Assembly: GCA_035493495.1 (NCBI GenBank)
Contig: DATJIG010000142.1
Coordinates: 1-63,840 of the forward strand
Direction of reading: 5' to 3'
Length of the DNA: 63,840 bases
Origin: Alphaproteobacteria bacterium
Lineage (GTDB): Bacteria > Pseudomonadota > Alphaproteobacteria > SMXQ01
Shown here one piece after another: positions 16,740 to 27,763 of this stretch (the first letter of the stretch is position 1; each line of letters opens with the position of its first letter). A model generated the notes under the pieces. It was not told the origin of the DNA, ran no database searches, and was given only the letters and a program-made list of their open reading frames with translations. A program made the position numbers and the translations under genes.

Positions 16740-17924
16740 ATGACGATGCACGACTACAGGCAGGATTACGACCGCCGTCCGCGCCGCCGCTTCCTCAACC
16801 TTCGCATGATCATCATGCTCGTGCTGGTGGCGGTGGTGCTTGGCGGCGTGTTCGGCTACTCCGCCGTCCGCGGCTACATGATCAAGAAGTTCATGGCGTC
16901 GATGGGCGCGCCGCCGCAGACCGTCTCGACGATGAAGGCCGAGATATCCGAGTGGCAGCAGCAGATGCGCGCGGTGGGGAGCTTGCGCGCCGTGCGAGGC
17001 GCCGATCTCAGCGCCCAGGTTGCCGGCATTGTCTCCGCGGTGCATTTCGAATCCGGCGCCGAGGTCCAGGAGGGCGCGCTCCTGGTCGAGCTGATGGCCG
17101 CCGATGACATCGCCAAGCTCAACGCATTGAAGGCGTCCGCGGCATTGGCGCGGATCACCCGCGACCGCAATTTGGCGCAGTTCAAGGCGCAGGCGGTCAG
17201 CAAGCAGCAGGTTGATGCCGATGAGCAGAATCTGAAAAGCGCCGAAGCGCAGGTCGCGCAGCAGGAGGCGCTGGTCAACTACAAGTCGATCCGCGCGCCG
17301 TTCGCGGGGCAACTCGGAATCCGTCTGGTCGACATCGGCCAGTACCTCAGCGCGGGGACGGCGGTCGTCACCCTGCAGTCACTCGATCCGATCTTTTTCG
17401 ACTTCTATATGCCGCAGCAGGCGCTCGACGTGCTGAAGACGGGCCTGCCGGTAACGGTCGAAACCGACACTTACCCGGGCATCACGTTCACGGGCTCGGT
17501 GCTCGCGATCAATCCCAAGGTCGATCCCGACACCCGCAACGTGCAGGTGCGCGCGACGCTTAGCAATCCCGAGCACAAGTTGCTCCCCGGGATGTACGCC
17601 AACGTGACGCTGCGGTTTGGAGAGCCCCAGCCCTATGTCACGGTGCCGCAGACGGCGATCAGCTATAACCCGTACGGCAACCTGGTGTACGTTGTCGACA
17701 ACCAGGGCAACGACCAGTCCGGCAAGCCGAAGCTCGTCGCGACCCAGAAGTTCGTCACGCTCGGCGAGACGCGCGGCGACCAGGTGGCGATCCTCACGGG
17801 CATCGACGATGGCCAGGAGATCGTCACGAACGGTCTCAACAAGCTCCGCAATGGCATCCCGGTGGTCGTGAACAACTCCGTCCAGCCGTCGAACGATGCG
17901 AACCCGACTCCGCCAAACGAGTAA
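16740..17924 (+). CDS. RND efflux periplasmic adaptor (membrane fusion protein)
   Basis: Single N-terminal TM segment, coiled-coil hairpin and barrel-sandwich pattern (IRAPFAGQLG). The ATG at 16740 follows the NodT stop. Confidence 0.9.
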   Translation: MTMHDYRQDYDRRPRRRFLNLRMIIMLVLVAVVLGGVFGYSAVRGYMIKKFMASMGAPPQTVSTMKAEISEWQQQMRAVGSLRAVRGADLSAQVAGIVSAVHFESGAEVQEGALLVELMAADDIAKLNALKASAALARITRDRNLAQFKAQAVSKQQVDADEQNLKSAEAQVAQQEALVNYKSIRAPFAGQLGIRLVDIGQYLSAGTAVVTLQSLDPIFFDFYMPQQALDVLKTGLPVTVETDTYPGITFTGSVLAINPKVDPDTRNVQVRATLSNPEHKLLPGMYANVTLRFGEPQPYVTVPQTAISYNPYGNLVYVVDNQGNDQSGKPKLVATQKFVTLGETRGDQVAILTGIDDGQEIVTNGLNKLRNGIPVVVNNSVQPSNDANPTPPNE

Positions 17925-17933
17925 GGCGCGCCG

Positions 17934-20900
17934 ATGAAGTTCACCGACCTCTTCATCCGCCGGCCGGTGCTGGCGACCGTCGTTAGCCTGCTGATTCTCG
18001 TGCTCGGTCTGCGCTCGGTCTTCACCCTGCCGGTGCTGCAGTATCCGCGCACCACAAATGCGGTCGTCACCATCACCACGCTTTATCCGGGGGCGTCGCC
18101 CGACGTCGTGGCCGGGTTCATCACGACGCCGCTCGAGAACTCGGTGGCGCAGGCCAACGGCATCGACTACCTGACGTCGAGCTCCATCCAGGGCACGAGC
18201 ACGATCACCGCCAATCTCCGCCTCAACTACAGCGCGGACTCGGCGCTGACCGAGATCAGCACCAAGGTCAACGCCGTCCTGAACCAGCTTCCCGCGGAAT
18301 CGCAGCGGCCGACGTTGACGGTGCAGATCGGCCAGACCATCGATGCGATGTACATCGGCTTCAAGAGCGATGTGCTGCCGTCAAATAACATCACCGACTA
18401 TCTGCTCCGTGTCATCCAGCCGAAGCTGCAGGCGGTCGAGGGGGTGCAGACCGCCGAGCTGATCGGCCAGAAGCAGTTCGCGCTTCGCGCCTGGCTCGAT
18501 CCCGAGAAGATGGCGGCCTACGGCCTCACCGGTGGCGACGTCCGTAGCGCACTGGCCGCCAACAACTTCACCTCGGCAATCGGCAACGCCAAGGGCCAGA
18601 TGGTGCAGATGAGCCTGACGGCGACCACGGGCCTGACATCGCTCGACGGCTTCCGCGATATGGTGGTGAAGCAGAAGAACGGCGCGATCGTCCGCTTAAA
18701 GGACATCGCCAACGTGACGCTCGGCGCCCAGGACTACGAATCGCAGGTGTCCTTTGACGGCCAGAAGGCGGTCTACATCGGCATCCAGGTGGCGCCGAAC
18801 GCCAACCTGCTCGAGGTGGTCAAGCGTGTCCGCACCGCATTCGAGCCGCTCCAGCAGCAGCTTCCGCAGGGAATCCAGGGCACCATCGTCTACGACTCCA
18901 CTGAGTTCGTGAACAGCGCCATCCACGAGGTGGTGCTGACGCTGATCGAAGCGGTGCTGATCGTCACGGTGGTGGTGTTCATCTTCATCGGTTCGCCGCG
19001 GTCCGTGCTGATTCCCGTCGTGACCATTCCGCTGTCGCTCATCGGCACGTTCACGGCGATGCTGATCCTCGGCTACTCGATCAACCTGCTGACGCTGCTT
19101 GCGCTGGTGCTTGCTATCGGCCTTGTCGTCGACGACGCGATCATCGTCGTCGAGAATGTCAATCGACATCTCGAGGAGGGAATGAGACCGATCCCGGCGG
19201 CAACCCGCGCCGCGCGGGAGCTCGCCGGGCCGATCATCGCGATGACCGTCGTGCTGGTGGCGGTCTACATCCCGATCGGTTTCCAGGGCGGTTTGACCGG
19301 CGCGCTGTTCAGCGAGTTCGCCTTCTCGCTCGTGGGCGCGGTGACGATCTCGGGCATTATCGCGCTGACATTGTCGCCGATGATGTCGTCACGGCTTCTC
19401 AAGCCGCACACCGAGGAGCATGCGGGCTGGGAGCAGCGGACCGTGCAGTTCATCGATCGCACGTTCGATCGGCTGCGCAAACGCTACAGTCGCATGCTCC
19501 ACTCGAGCCTCGATACGCTCGCGGTGACGGGCGTGTTCGCCGCGATCGTGCTGTGTTCGGCATACTTCCTGTTTGTCGGCTCGAAAACCGAGCTTGCGCC
19601 GCAGGAGGACCAGGGCGTGGTCATCGCCTTCCTGACGCCCCAGAGCAATGCCACCCTTCAGCAGAAGCAGCTCTACGACGACCAGCTCTACAAGATTCTC
19701 AGCGCCCATCCCGAGACCAAGCTGGTGTTCCAGCTCGATACGCCGGCACGGGTCGTCGCCGGCATGGTGCTTAAACCGTGGGACCAGCGCACGCTGACAA
19801 GCAACCAGCTTCAGCCGATGGTGCAGCAGGAGATCGGCGCCATTGCCGGTGCTCAGTCGGTGACCTTCCAATTGCCGCCGCTGCCGGGTTCGACGGGCCT
19901 GCCGCTGCAGTTTGTCATCCAGTCGACGGAATCCTTCGATAGGCTCAACGAGGTCGTGCAGGAGTTCCTGCAGACGGCAACCAAATCGGGCCAGTTCCTG
20001 TTCCTGAACAGCGATCTCCACCTCGATACGCCGCAGACCGAGGTCGTCATCGACCGCGAGAAGGCGGCAATGCTCGGCCTGAACATGCAGGACATCGGCA
20101 CGGCGCTCGGTTCAATGCTGGGCGGCGGCTATGTGAATTACTTCAATTTTGCGGGTCGCTCTTATCAGGTGATTCCGCAGGTAGAGCGCGAGTCGCGGCT
20201 CAATGCCGATCAGCTGCGCAACTACTACATCCGTACGTCGACCGGCCAGTCGGTGCCGATCTCGACGGTGGTGTCGCTCAAGACCAAGGCGATCCCGCAG
20301 TCGCTGAATCACTTCCAGCAGCTCAACAGCGCGACCATCCAGGGCGTGGCGGTGCCGGGTGTTACGCTCGGCACCGCTCTCGATTATCTCAACGGACTTG
20401 CGCGCGATACCCTGCCGGCCGGCTATTCGGTCGATTACGGCGGGCAGGCGCGGCAATTCGTGCAGGAGTCGAGCGGGTTCGTCGTCACCTTCGTATTCGC
20501 CCTCATCATCATCTTCCTCGCGTTGTCGGCGCAGTTCGAGAGCTTCCGCGACCCAGTCATCATCCTGGTTTCGGTGCCCATGTCGATCGCAGGCGCGCTG
20601 CTCTTCATCTTCGTGCTGGGCATGGTCGGCCAAACGGGCGTCATCGGGGCCACCATCAACATCTACACCGAGGTCGGCTTGGTGACGCTGATGGGCCTCA
20701 TCAGCAAGCATGGCATTCTGATGGTTGAGTTCGCCAACAACCTGCAGCGCGACGCGGGTCTGTCGAAGCGCGACGCGATCGAGCAGGCCGCGGCCATCCG
20801 CTTGCGGCCCATTCTGATGACCACTGCGGCGATGGTCGTCGGCGTCATGCCGCTGATCTTCGCGAGCGGTGCCGGCGCCGTGTCGCGGTTCAGCATGGGC

Positions 20901-21026
20901 CTCGTCATCGCCTCCGGGCTTTCGGTCGGCACCCTTTTCACGCTGTTCGTGGTGCCGGCGGTCTACATGATGATCGCCGCCGATCACTCGAAGCACACCG
21001 AACCCGAGGACAACGTCCTGGTCTGA
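17934..21026 (+). CDS. RND efflux transporter permease (HAE1-like)
   Basis: 1030 aa with 12 TM segments. FIRRPVLATV N-terminus and VVDDAIVVVEN motif. Confidence 0.95.
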   Translation: MKFTDLFIRRPVLATVVSLLILVLGLRSVFTLPVLQYPRTTNAVVTITTLYPGASPDVVAGFITTPLENSVAQANGIDYLTSSSIQGTSTITANLRLNYSADSALTEISTKVNAVLNQLPAESQRPTLTVQIGQTIDAMYIGFKSDVLPSNNITDYLLRVIQPKLQAVEGVQTAELIGQKQFALRAWLDPEKMAAYGLTGGDVRSALAANNFTSAIGNAKGQMVQMSLTATTGLTSLDGFRDMVVKQKNGAIVRLKDIANVTLGAQDYESQVSFDGQKAVYIGIQVAPNANLLEVVKRVRTAFEPLQQQLPQGIQGTIVYDSTEFVNSAIHEVVLTLIEAVLIVTVVVFIFIGSPRSVLIPVVTIPLSLIGTFTAMLILGYSINLLTLLALVLAIGLVVDDAIIVVENVNRHLEEGMRPIPAATRAARELAGPIIAMTVVLVAVYIPIGFQGGLTGALFSEFAFSLVGAVTISGIIALTLSPMMSSRLLKPHTEEHAGWEQRTVQFIDRTFDRLRKRYSRMLHSSLDTLAVTGVFAAIVLCSAYFLFVGSKTELAPQEDQGVVIAFLTPQSNATLQQKQLYDDQLYKILSAHPETKLVFQLDTPARVVAGMVLKPWDQRTLTSNQLQPMVQQEIGAIAGAQSVTFQLPPLPGSTGLPLQFVIQSTESFDRLNEVVQEFLQTATKSGQFLFLNSDLHLDTPQTEVVIDREKAAMLGLNMQDIGTALGSMLGGGYVNYFNFAGRSYQVIPQVERESRLNADQLRNYYIRTSTGQSVPISTVVSLKTKAIPQSLNHFQQLNSATIQGVAVPGVTLGTALDYLNGLARDTLPAGYSVDYGGQARQFVQESSGFVVTFVFALIIIFLALSAQFESFRDPVIILVSVPMSIAGALLFIFVLGMVGQTGVIGATINIYTEVGLVTLMGLISKHGILMVEFANNLQRDAGLSKRDAIEQAAAIRLRPILMTTAAMVVGVMPLIFASGAGAVSRFSMGLVIASGLSVGTLFTLFVVPAVYMMIAADHSKHTEPEDNVLV

Positions 21027-21138
21027 CCATCGGAAACGGCGGATTTCCGGGGTTCCGAGGCGCTGGACCGGGGCGCGCGCGCTGGCTAGATTGCGCGCCT
21101 CTTTCCGTCCCTATTTCGTTCCTATCCAGGAGGTCCCG

Positions 21139-22176
21139 ATGCCCCTCGTTTCAACCCGCCTGATCGGAGCCGCGCTGATCGCGGCCGCGGGCGCCGCTTT
21201 CGCGGTTCCACCCGCGCAGGCGCAGTCGGTCGAACAGTTCTACAAGGGTAAGACCGTCAACCTCTATATCGGCTACGGGCCGGGCGGCGGCTACGACTTC
21301 TTCGGCCGCCTTGTCGCGCGCCATCTCGGCCGCCATATCCCCGGTCAGCCGACGGTTGTGCCGTCGAACATGCCGGGTGCGGGCAGCCTGCGCGCCGCGA
21401 ACTTCGTCTACAACGTGGCGCCGAAGGACGGCACCGCGCTCGGCATCGTCACCCAGACGGTGGCGCTCGAGGACGCCTTCGGCACGCCGGGCGTCCAGTA
21501 CAAGGCGACCGGGTTCAACTGGATCGGCCGCGCCACATCGAACGTCGATCTGATGCTCATCTGGCACACGTCGAAGATCAAGACGTTCGAGGATGCGCTG
21601 AAGATCGAGACGCCCGTCGCCGGTACCGGCCCGGGCTCGCCGGCCGAGTTCATGCCCAAGGTCTTCAACAACGTCCTCGGCACCAAGTTCAAGGTCATCA
21701 CCGGCTATCCGGGCTCGACCGAGGGCATGCTGGCGATGGAGAAGGGCGAGGTCGACGGCGCGACCACCTCGTGGAACACCGTCAAGACGTCGAAGCAGGA
21801 CTGGCTGCAGAGCAAGCAGATCAGCATCATCGTCCAGTATACGCCATACCGGCACAAGGAGCTGCCGGACGTCCCCAACATGGTGGAACTCGGCAAGACC
21901 GATGAGCAGAAGCAGATCCTCGGGCTCTATGCGAGCGGTGCAGTGATCGGCCGCTCGATCTTCACCTCGCCGGGCGTGCCGGCAGAGCGCGTCAAGGCGC
22001 TGCGCGACGCCTTCACCGCGATGACCAAGGATCCCGTGTTCCTCGCCGAAGTCGAGAAGACCAAGGCGGAGTTCGACCCGATGTCGGGTGAGGAGTTGCA
22101 GAAGACCATCGAGGAGGCGACGAAGATCTCCCCCGAGGTCCGCGAAAAGGCGCGGCTCGCGCGCGGGCTCGACTAG
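21139..22176 (+). CDS. Bug/TctC-like periplasmic solute-binding protein (orphan)
   Basis: ATG at 21139 preceded by AGGAGG. Signal peptide ending AQA-QS. Paralogue of 3491..4519. Confidence 0.65.
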   Translation: MPLVSTRLIGAALIAAAGAAFAVPPAQAQSVEQFYKGKTVNLYIGYGPGGGYDFFGRLVARHLGRHIPGQPTVVPSNMPGAGSLRAANFVYNVAPKDGTALGIVTQTVALEDAFGTPGVQYKATGFNWIGRATSNVDLMLIWHTSKIKTFEDALKIETPVAGTGPGSPAEFMPKVFNNVLGTKFKVITGYPGSTEGMLAMEKGEVDGATTSWNTVKTSKQDWLQSKQISIIVQYTPYRHKELPDVPNMVELGKTDEQKQILGLYASGAVIGRSIFTSPGVPAERVKALRDAFTAMTKDPVFLAEVEKTKAEFDPMSGEELQKTIEEATKISPEVREKARLARGLD

Positions 22177-22197
22177 ACGCCCGGCGAACCGACGGTC

Positions 22198-22233
22198 AAA
22201 CGGCCCGCGCCCAGCGCGGGCCGTTTTGTTTAT
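22198..22233 (+). terminator. rho-independent terminator between convergent genes
   Basis: 13-bp perfect stem AAACGGCCCGCGC / GCGCGGGCCGTTT with a 3-nt loop, followed by TGTTTAT. Confidence 0.8.
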
Positions 22234-22236
22234 CGC

Positions 22237-25200
22237 TTATTCGGCGGGATGTCCTGCACCCAGCAGTCGCTGGGCCGATGACGCATGAGCCACGTGCTGC
22301 GCGCCGCGACGGCGGGCGAGCAGGTGAACGAGCCGGTCCATGTAGAGGTACACGACGGGTGTGGTGTAGAGGGTAAGGACCTGGCTCACGAGCAGGCCGC
22401 CGACGACCGCAAAGCCCAGCGGGCGGCGAAGCTCCGACCCGGTGCCGGTGCTCAGCATTAGCGGCAGGCCGCCCAAAAGTGCCGCCATCGTGGTCATCAT
22501 GATAGGCCGGAAGCGGAGCAGGCACGCCTGATAGATCGACTGCTCGGGGCTCAGGCCCTGACGCCGCTCGGCGTCGAGGGCGAAGTCGATCATCATGATG
22601 GCGTTCTTCTTGACGATGCCGATCAGGAGCAGGATGCCGATCAACGCGATGACGCTGAGATCGTAGCCGCCCGCCATCAGGATCAGCAGCGCGCCCAGAC
22701 CCGCCGACGGCAGCGTCGACAGGATGGTGATCGGGTGGATGTAGCTCTCGTACAGCACGCCGAGGATGATGTAGACGGCGATGATCGCCGCCAGAATCAG
22801 ATAGGGCTGCGAGGCGAGCGACGACTGGAATGCCTGCGCCGTGCCCTGGAACGTGCCGACCAGCGAGGCCGGCGTGCGCATCTCGCCTTCGGCCTTGTTG
22901 ATGGCATCGATGGCGGTGCCGAGCGACACGCCCGGAGCGAGATTGAAGCTCACCGTCACCGCCGGGAACTGCCCTTGGTGGCTGATCGACAGGTAGGTCG
23001 TCTTATTGGTGTCGAGGTGCACGAACGCCGACAGCGGCACCTGTTTCCCGGTCGTCGGCGACTTGATGTAGATCTTGTCGAGCGCGGCCGGGTCCTGCTG
23101 GAGCGTCGGGTTGACCTCGAGCACGACGTTGTACTGGTCGACCTGAGTGAAATACTGCGCGACCTGGCGCTGGCCGAACGCGTCGTAGAGCGTGTCGTCG
23201 ATGAGCTGCGGCTGGATGCCGAACCGGGCCGCGGTGTCGCGATCGATGGTCATCGTGACCGTCGTCGCCTTGGTCTGTTGGTCGCTCGTCACGTCCTGGA
23301 GCTGGGACAGCGTGCGCATTTTTTCGGTGATCTTCGGCGCCCACTCGTTGAGCTCAGGGAGATTGGCGTCCTGCAGCGTGTACTGGTACTGCGTGCGGCC
23401 GATGCGGCCGCCGACATTGATGTCCTGGTTCGCCTGCAGAAACAGGCGGATGCCCTCGACCTTGTCGAGCTGGGGCCGCAGACGGTTGATCACCTGGTCG
23501 GCGGTGACGTCGCGCTGATCGCGCGGCTTGAGCGTGATCCAGAAGCGGCCGGTGTTGACGGTCTGGGCGCCGCCCGTGGCGCCCGCGGAGTAGGCGTAGC
23601 TGGCGACTGCCGGATCGCGTGCCACCACCTTCGCGAGCGCCTGCTGGTGCTCCGCCATCGCCGTGAACGAAATGTCCTGCGCCGCCTCGGAGAATCCGGT
23701 GATGAAGCCGTTGTCCTGCTGCGGGAAGAAGCCCTTCGGAATCACCATGTAAAGGTAAGCGCTGGTGGCGATGGTGCAGAGCAGCACGACAAGCGTGAGC
23801 GGCTGATGCCGCAGCACGATCTTCAGCGTCCGGTCGTAGCCCGCGAGTAGCTTCTCGAAGAAGTGCTCTGCCAGCATATAAAGCCGGTTGTGCTTGGGGT
23901 GCTCATGATGCCTGAGGAAGCGGGAGCACATCATCGGCGTCAGCGAGAGCGAGACTGCGGCGGAGATGATGATGGTGATGGCGACCGTCACTGCGAATTC
24001 GCGGAACAGCCGTCCGACGATGCCGCCCATCAACAGCAGCGGGATCAGCACCGCGATGAGCGACATGCTGATCGACACGATGGTGAAACCGATCTCGCCG
24101 GCGCCGCGGAGCGCCGCCTCGCGCGCATCCATGCCGTTCTCGACGTGACGGTAGATGTTCTCGAGCATGACGATCGCGTCGTCGACCACGAATCCGACGG
24201 CGATGGTCAGCGCCATCAGCGACAAGTTGTCGAGGCTGTAGCCGAGCGCGTACATCGCGGCGAACGTGCCGACGATGGTGATCGGCAGGGTGACGCTCGG
24301 GATCACCGTCGCCCACACATTGCGCAGGAACAGGAAGATCACCATCACCACCAGGGCAACGGTCAGCAGCATCGTGAACTGTACGTCGTTGACCGATGCG
24401 CGGATGGTCTGGGTACGATCCGTAATCACCTTGATGTCGACGCTCGGCGGGACCGCCGACCGGAGCGAGGGGAGAGCGTTGCGGACCTCCTGCGCCGTCT
24501 CGATCACGTTGGCGCCGGGCTGCTTGAACACCATCAGCTGAATGCCGCGGCGGCCGTTCTGCCAGCTAGCGAGCCGGACGTCCTCGGGTCCGTCGATCGC
24601 CGTGCCAATGTCACGCACCCGGATGGGTGAGCCGTTGCGGTAGGCGATAATGACGTTGTTGTACTCGTCCGCCTTCAGGAGCTGATCGTTGTTGTAAATG
24701 GTGAAGCTCTGAGTCGGCCCGTCGAAGCTGCCCTTCGGCGCGTTGGTGGTCGCCTGGTTCAGCCCGACACGGACGTCCTCGAGGCTGAGCCCGATCGAAG
24801 CGAGCTTGGCCGGATCCACCTGGACGCGGATCGCCGGGCGCTGCTCACCCAGGATATCCACCTTGGCGACACCCGGCAGTTGCGACATCTGCTGGGCGAG
24901 GATCGTATCGGCGTAGGTGTCGACCGTGGTGATCGGCAGGGCGTCGGAGTTCAGCGCGATAATCATGATCGGCGAGTCCGCCGGATTGACCTTCCGGTAG
25001 GTGGGCGGGCTCGTCATCGTCCGCGGCAATTGGCGGCTCGCGGCGGTGATCGCGGCCTGGACGTCTTGGGCGGCGGCGTCGATGTCGCGGTTGAGGTCGA
25101 ACTGCAGCGTAATCTGCGTCGTGCCGAGCGCATTGCTCGACGTCATCTGGGTGATGCCGGAAATCTGGCCGAACTGCCGCTCGAGCGGTGTCGCGACTGA

Positions 25201-25383
25201 TACCGCCATGGTCTCCGGACTGGCGCCGGGGAGCTTCGCCGAGACGGAAATGGTTGGGAAGTCGACCTGGGGCAGCGGCGCGATCGGCAGCAGCGGATAC
25301 GCTGCGACGCCGACCAGGATGATGGCGGCCATCAGAAGCGAGGTCGCGATCGGGCGCTGAATGAATGGTGTCGAAATGCTCAT
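22237..25383 (-). CDS. RND efflux transporter permease (MdtB/MdtC-like)
   Basis: 1048 aa. FIQRPIATSLLM N-terminus, VVDDAIVMLEN motif, 12 TM segments. Confidence 0.95.
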   Translation of the reverse strand: MSISTPFIQRPIATSLLMAAIILVGVAAYPLLPIAPLPQVDFPTISVSAKLPGASPETMAVSVATPLERQFGQISGITQMTSSNALGTTQITLQFDLNRDIDAAAQDVQAAITAASRQLPRTMTSPPTYRKVNPADSPIMIIALNSDALPITTVDTYADTILAQQMSQLPGVAKVDILGEQRPAIRVQVDPAKLASIGLSLEDVRVGLNQATTNAPKGSFDGPTQSFTIYNNDQLLKADEYNNVIIAYRNGSPIRVRDIGTAIDGPEDVRLASWQNGRRGIQLMVFKQPGANVIETAQEVRNALPSLRSAVPPSVDIKVITDRTQTIRASVNDVQFTMLLTVALVVMVIFLFLRNVWATVIPSVTLPITIVGTFAAMYALGYSLDNLSLMALTIAVGFVVDDAIVMLENIYRHVENGMDAREAALRGAGEIGFTIVSISMSLIAVLIPLLLMGGIVGRLFREFAVTVAITIIISAAVSLSLTPMMCSRFLRHHEHPKHNRLYMLAEHFFEKLLAGYDRTLKIVLRHQPLTLVVLLCTIATSAYLYMVIPKGFFPQQDNGFITGFSEAAQDISFTAMAEHQQALAKVVARDPAVASYAYSAGATGGAQTVNTGRFWITLKPRDQRDVTADQVINRLRPQLDKVEGIRLFLQANQDINVGGRIGRTQYQYTLQDANLPELNEWAPKITEKMRTLSQLQDVTSDQQTKATTVTMTIDRDTAARFGIQPQLIDDTLYDAFGQRQVAQYFTQVDQYNVVLEVNPTLQQDPAALDKIYIKSPTTGKQVPLSAFVHLDTNKTTYLSISHQGQFPAVTVSFNLAPGVSLGTAIDAINKAEGEMRTPASLVGTFQGTAQAFQSSLASQPYLILAAIIAVYIILGVLYESYIHPITILSTLPSAGLGALLILMAGGYDLSVIALIGILLLIGIVKKNAIMMIDFALDAERRQGLSPEQSIYQACLLRFRPIMMTTMAALLGGLPLMLSTGTGSELRRPLGFAVVGGLLVSQVLTLYTTPVVYLYMDRLVHLLARRRGAQHVAHASSAQRLLGAGHPAE

Positions 25384-25418
25384 GTGACGCCGTGCTGTGA
25401 GAGTCGCCGGGGACGAAT

Positions 25419-26588
25419 TCAGCTACGGCGCGCGACGGGCTCGGGCACCTCGCGGGCATCCACCCGGGAACCGGGCTGGATCTTGTATTGCCCGTCGACC
25501 ACGACGCGTTCGCCGACGGCGAGGCCTTCTTCGATGACGGCTATGCCGTCGCGCACCGGCCCGACTTTGATTCCACGCATCTCCACGGTGTCATCCGGCT
25601 TGATGACGTAGGCAAACGTCCCATTCGGGCCGCGCTGGATCACCTGCGCCGACACGGTGACTGCATTGTGCCGCTCATCGACGAGCAGGTGGACGTTAAC
25701 GAACTGGCCAGGCCAGAGCGCGCTGTCCGGATTCGGGAACGTTGCCTTGAGCCGGATCGTTCCGGCGGAGGGATCGATCTGATTGTCGACCAGCGCGAGC
25801 ATGCCTTCGCCCACAGGCGTCACATCGTCACGCTTGAACGCCTCGACCTTGACGGGTCCCTTGCCCATCGCATCGGTAACTTGATCGAGTACGTCCTGGG
25901 GAAGAGTGAAGAGGACCGAGATCGGCTGGATCTGCGCAATCACCACAAGTCCGTTCGCGTCGCTGGCGTGAACGATGTTGCCGGCGTCGATCTGGCGGAT
26001 GCCCGTGCGTCCGTTGATCGGCGAGATGATCGTCGTGTAGCTGAGCTGGACGGTGGCGTTGTCGATCATCGCCTGATCGCCTTCGACGGCGGCGGTGAGT
26101 TGCTCGACCGTTGCCTTCTGGGTATCCATCATCTGCCGCGTTTCGTAGCCCTTGGAGGCGAGATTGGTGCTCCGGTCGAGGTCACGCTTGGCGTTGGCGA
26201 GCTGCGCCTCGTCCTTGGCCTTCGCGGCGCGAGCCTGTGAAAGCTGAGCCTCGTACTGGCGCGAGTCGATACGCGCGAGGACATCGCCCTGTTTGACCAT
26301 CTGCCCTTCGGTGAACAGCACCTCGGTGAGCTGTCCGTCGATCCGCGGTCGCACGGTGACGGTGTTCAAGCCTTGGGCTGAGCCGAGCGCCGTCAGATAA
26401 ATCGGCACATCCCGTGCTTCCGCCGTCCCGGCGGTCACCGGCACAACCGCCGACGCGGGCGCGCGCTGAGGCGTCGCGGCGGTGACGGGGCGATGCAGCA
26501 AGGCAAGGCCGACCGCAGCAGTCACAACGACCGCAGCGGTAGCGATGACCAGAGGCCGACGCGACCGTGCTGGGAACTGAACGGACAT
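25419..26588 (-). CDS. RND efflux periplasmic adaptor (MdtA-like)
   Basis: 389 aa with an N-terminal anchor. MFP pattern (IISPINGRTG). Confidence 0.9.
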   Translation of the reverse strand: MSVQFPARSRRPLVIATAAVVVTAAVGLALLHRPVTAATPQRAPASAVVPVTAGTAEARDVPIYLTALGSAQGLNTVTVRPRIDGQLTEVLFTEGQMVKQGDVLARIDSRQYEAQLSQARAAKAKDEAQLANAKRDLDRSTNLASKGYETRQMMDTQKATVEQLTAAVEGDQAMIDNATVQLSYTTIISPINGRTGIRQIDAGNIVHASDANGLVVIAQIQPISVLFTLPQDVLDQVTDAMGKGPVKVEAFKRDDVTPVGEGMLALVDNQIDPSAGTIRLKATFPNPDSALWPGQFVNVHLLVDERHNAVTVSAQVIQRGPNGTFAYVIKPDDTVEMRGIKVGPVRDGIAVIEEGLAVGERVVVDGQYKIQPGSRVDAREVPEPVARRS

Positions 26589-26767
26589 CTCGATCTCTCT
26601 GAACTAGGCAATGGTCCGGAGTTCCGCGGCAGGCCCGCAGTGCTCCTAGGGGGCTACACGGATCAGGCGGCGATTCCCTGCGCACCGGCCACGCTTCGAA
26701 CGGCCGCTATCGAGCCTATCGCAGCGGCGATGTCATTCCCGTGGCACTAAGCGAGAGAAATCGGCCC

Positions 26768-27763
26768 TCAGGCCCGGATTTCCTGGCGCTGGAACAGCAC
26801 GTAGGCTGCCGCGAACAGAATGATCGCGGTGGCGATCAGACCGGTGATCTGCGGCCAGACAAGCAGCAGACTCTGGTCCAGCGGCAGCGGAGCTCCGATG
26901 ACGGCGCCGCGGAGCTGGCTCTGGAACACCGGGCCGAGAGCGCGCGTCGCCGGGTGCATGATGGCAAGCGTTGCCTCGGCGAACAGCGTGTTGGGGGACA
27001 GCCGCGACAACGACTGCTCCCACTGCATCTGGGCGACACTCGGGACGCCGAACAGCGCCGCGACGGGATCCTGCGGCGCGATCGCCTGGGCGATAAACGG
27101 CGCGATGATCTGCCACAACACGCTGAACAGCAGCCACACGCCGAGCGCGCACAGCGCGGATGTCGCGGGCGAGCGGAAGATCACCGAGAACAGAAGTGCC
27201 ACGGCCAGCCACGTTCCGGCATAAGCGATGGCGACGACTAGGAACATCAGTCCGCGTGCGACCTCTTCGCCCGAGGGCGGGATGCCGAGCAGCAGCAGCC
27301 CGAGGCCGAGGATTAGCAGCCACAGTGCGACGAGACCGATGGTCATCGTCGCCAGCCCGGCGAGAAATTTCCCCAGCAGCAACGCGTCGCGGTAGATCGG
27401 TTGCGCCAGGAGGCGACTCATCGTCCGCCGGGTGAACTCGGTGTTGATGCTGTCGAAGCCGAGCCCGATGGCGATCACCGGGATCAGGAACCCGAGCAGC
27501 GCGATGAACGACGGCATCGGGTCGCGCGCGTGGGTGAACAGCAGCAGAAACAGGTACGGAGCGTCGCCGCTCACCGTGCGGATGTCCTGGATCGCGGTGT
27601 AGACCGCGCCGATGCCCGTGAGCAGCACGAGAATCTCGAGGATGCGCATGCGCGCACTGCTGAGATGATCGGCGAGCTCCTTGACGAAGACGGTGCCGAG
27701 GCCCGTCCACGGCGAGCCCTTACGCCGCGGCGCGGCTGGCGAAGTGGCGTGCATAGATGTCAT
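26768..27763 (-). CDS. ABC-2 family transporter permease (NosY-like)
   Basis: 331 aa with multiple TM helices. Its start overlaps the 3' end of the ATPase gene by about 35-44 nt, depending on whether the start is the ATG at 27763 or 27754. Confidence 0.8.
   Translation of the reverse strand: MTSMHATSPAAPRRKGSPWTGLGTVFVKELADHLSSARMRILEILVLLTGIGAVYTAIQDIRTVSGDAPYLFLLLFTHARDPMPSFIALLGFLIPVIAIGLGFDSINTEFTRRTMSRLLAQPIYRDALLLGKFLAGLATMTIGLVALWLLILGLGLLLLGIPPSGEEVARGLMFLVVAIAYAGTWLAVALLFSVIFRSPATSALCALGVWLLFSVLWQIIAPFIAQAIAPQDPVAALFGVPSVAQMQWEQSLSRLSPNTLFAEATLAIMHPATRALGPVFQSQLRGAVIGAPLPLDQSLLLVWPQITGLIATAIILFAAAYVLFQRQEIRA

Noticed and set aside
21031-21049. The hairpin CGGAAA-N7-TTTCCG after the first RND permease gene, as a terminator.
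   Set aside because: It has only a 6-bp AT-containing stem and no U-tract, which is too weak to call.
17934-25383. The two RND systems as evidence of a resistance island or horizontal transfer.
   Set aside because: There are no flanking mobility genes or repeats, and no composition break that I could see by eye. Multiple RND systems are normal in soil alphaproteobacteria.
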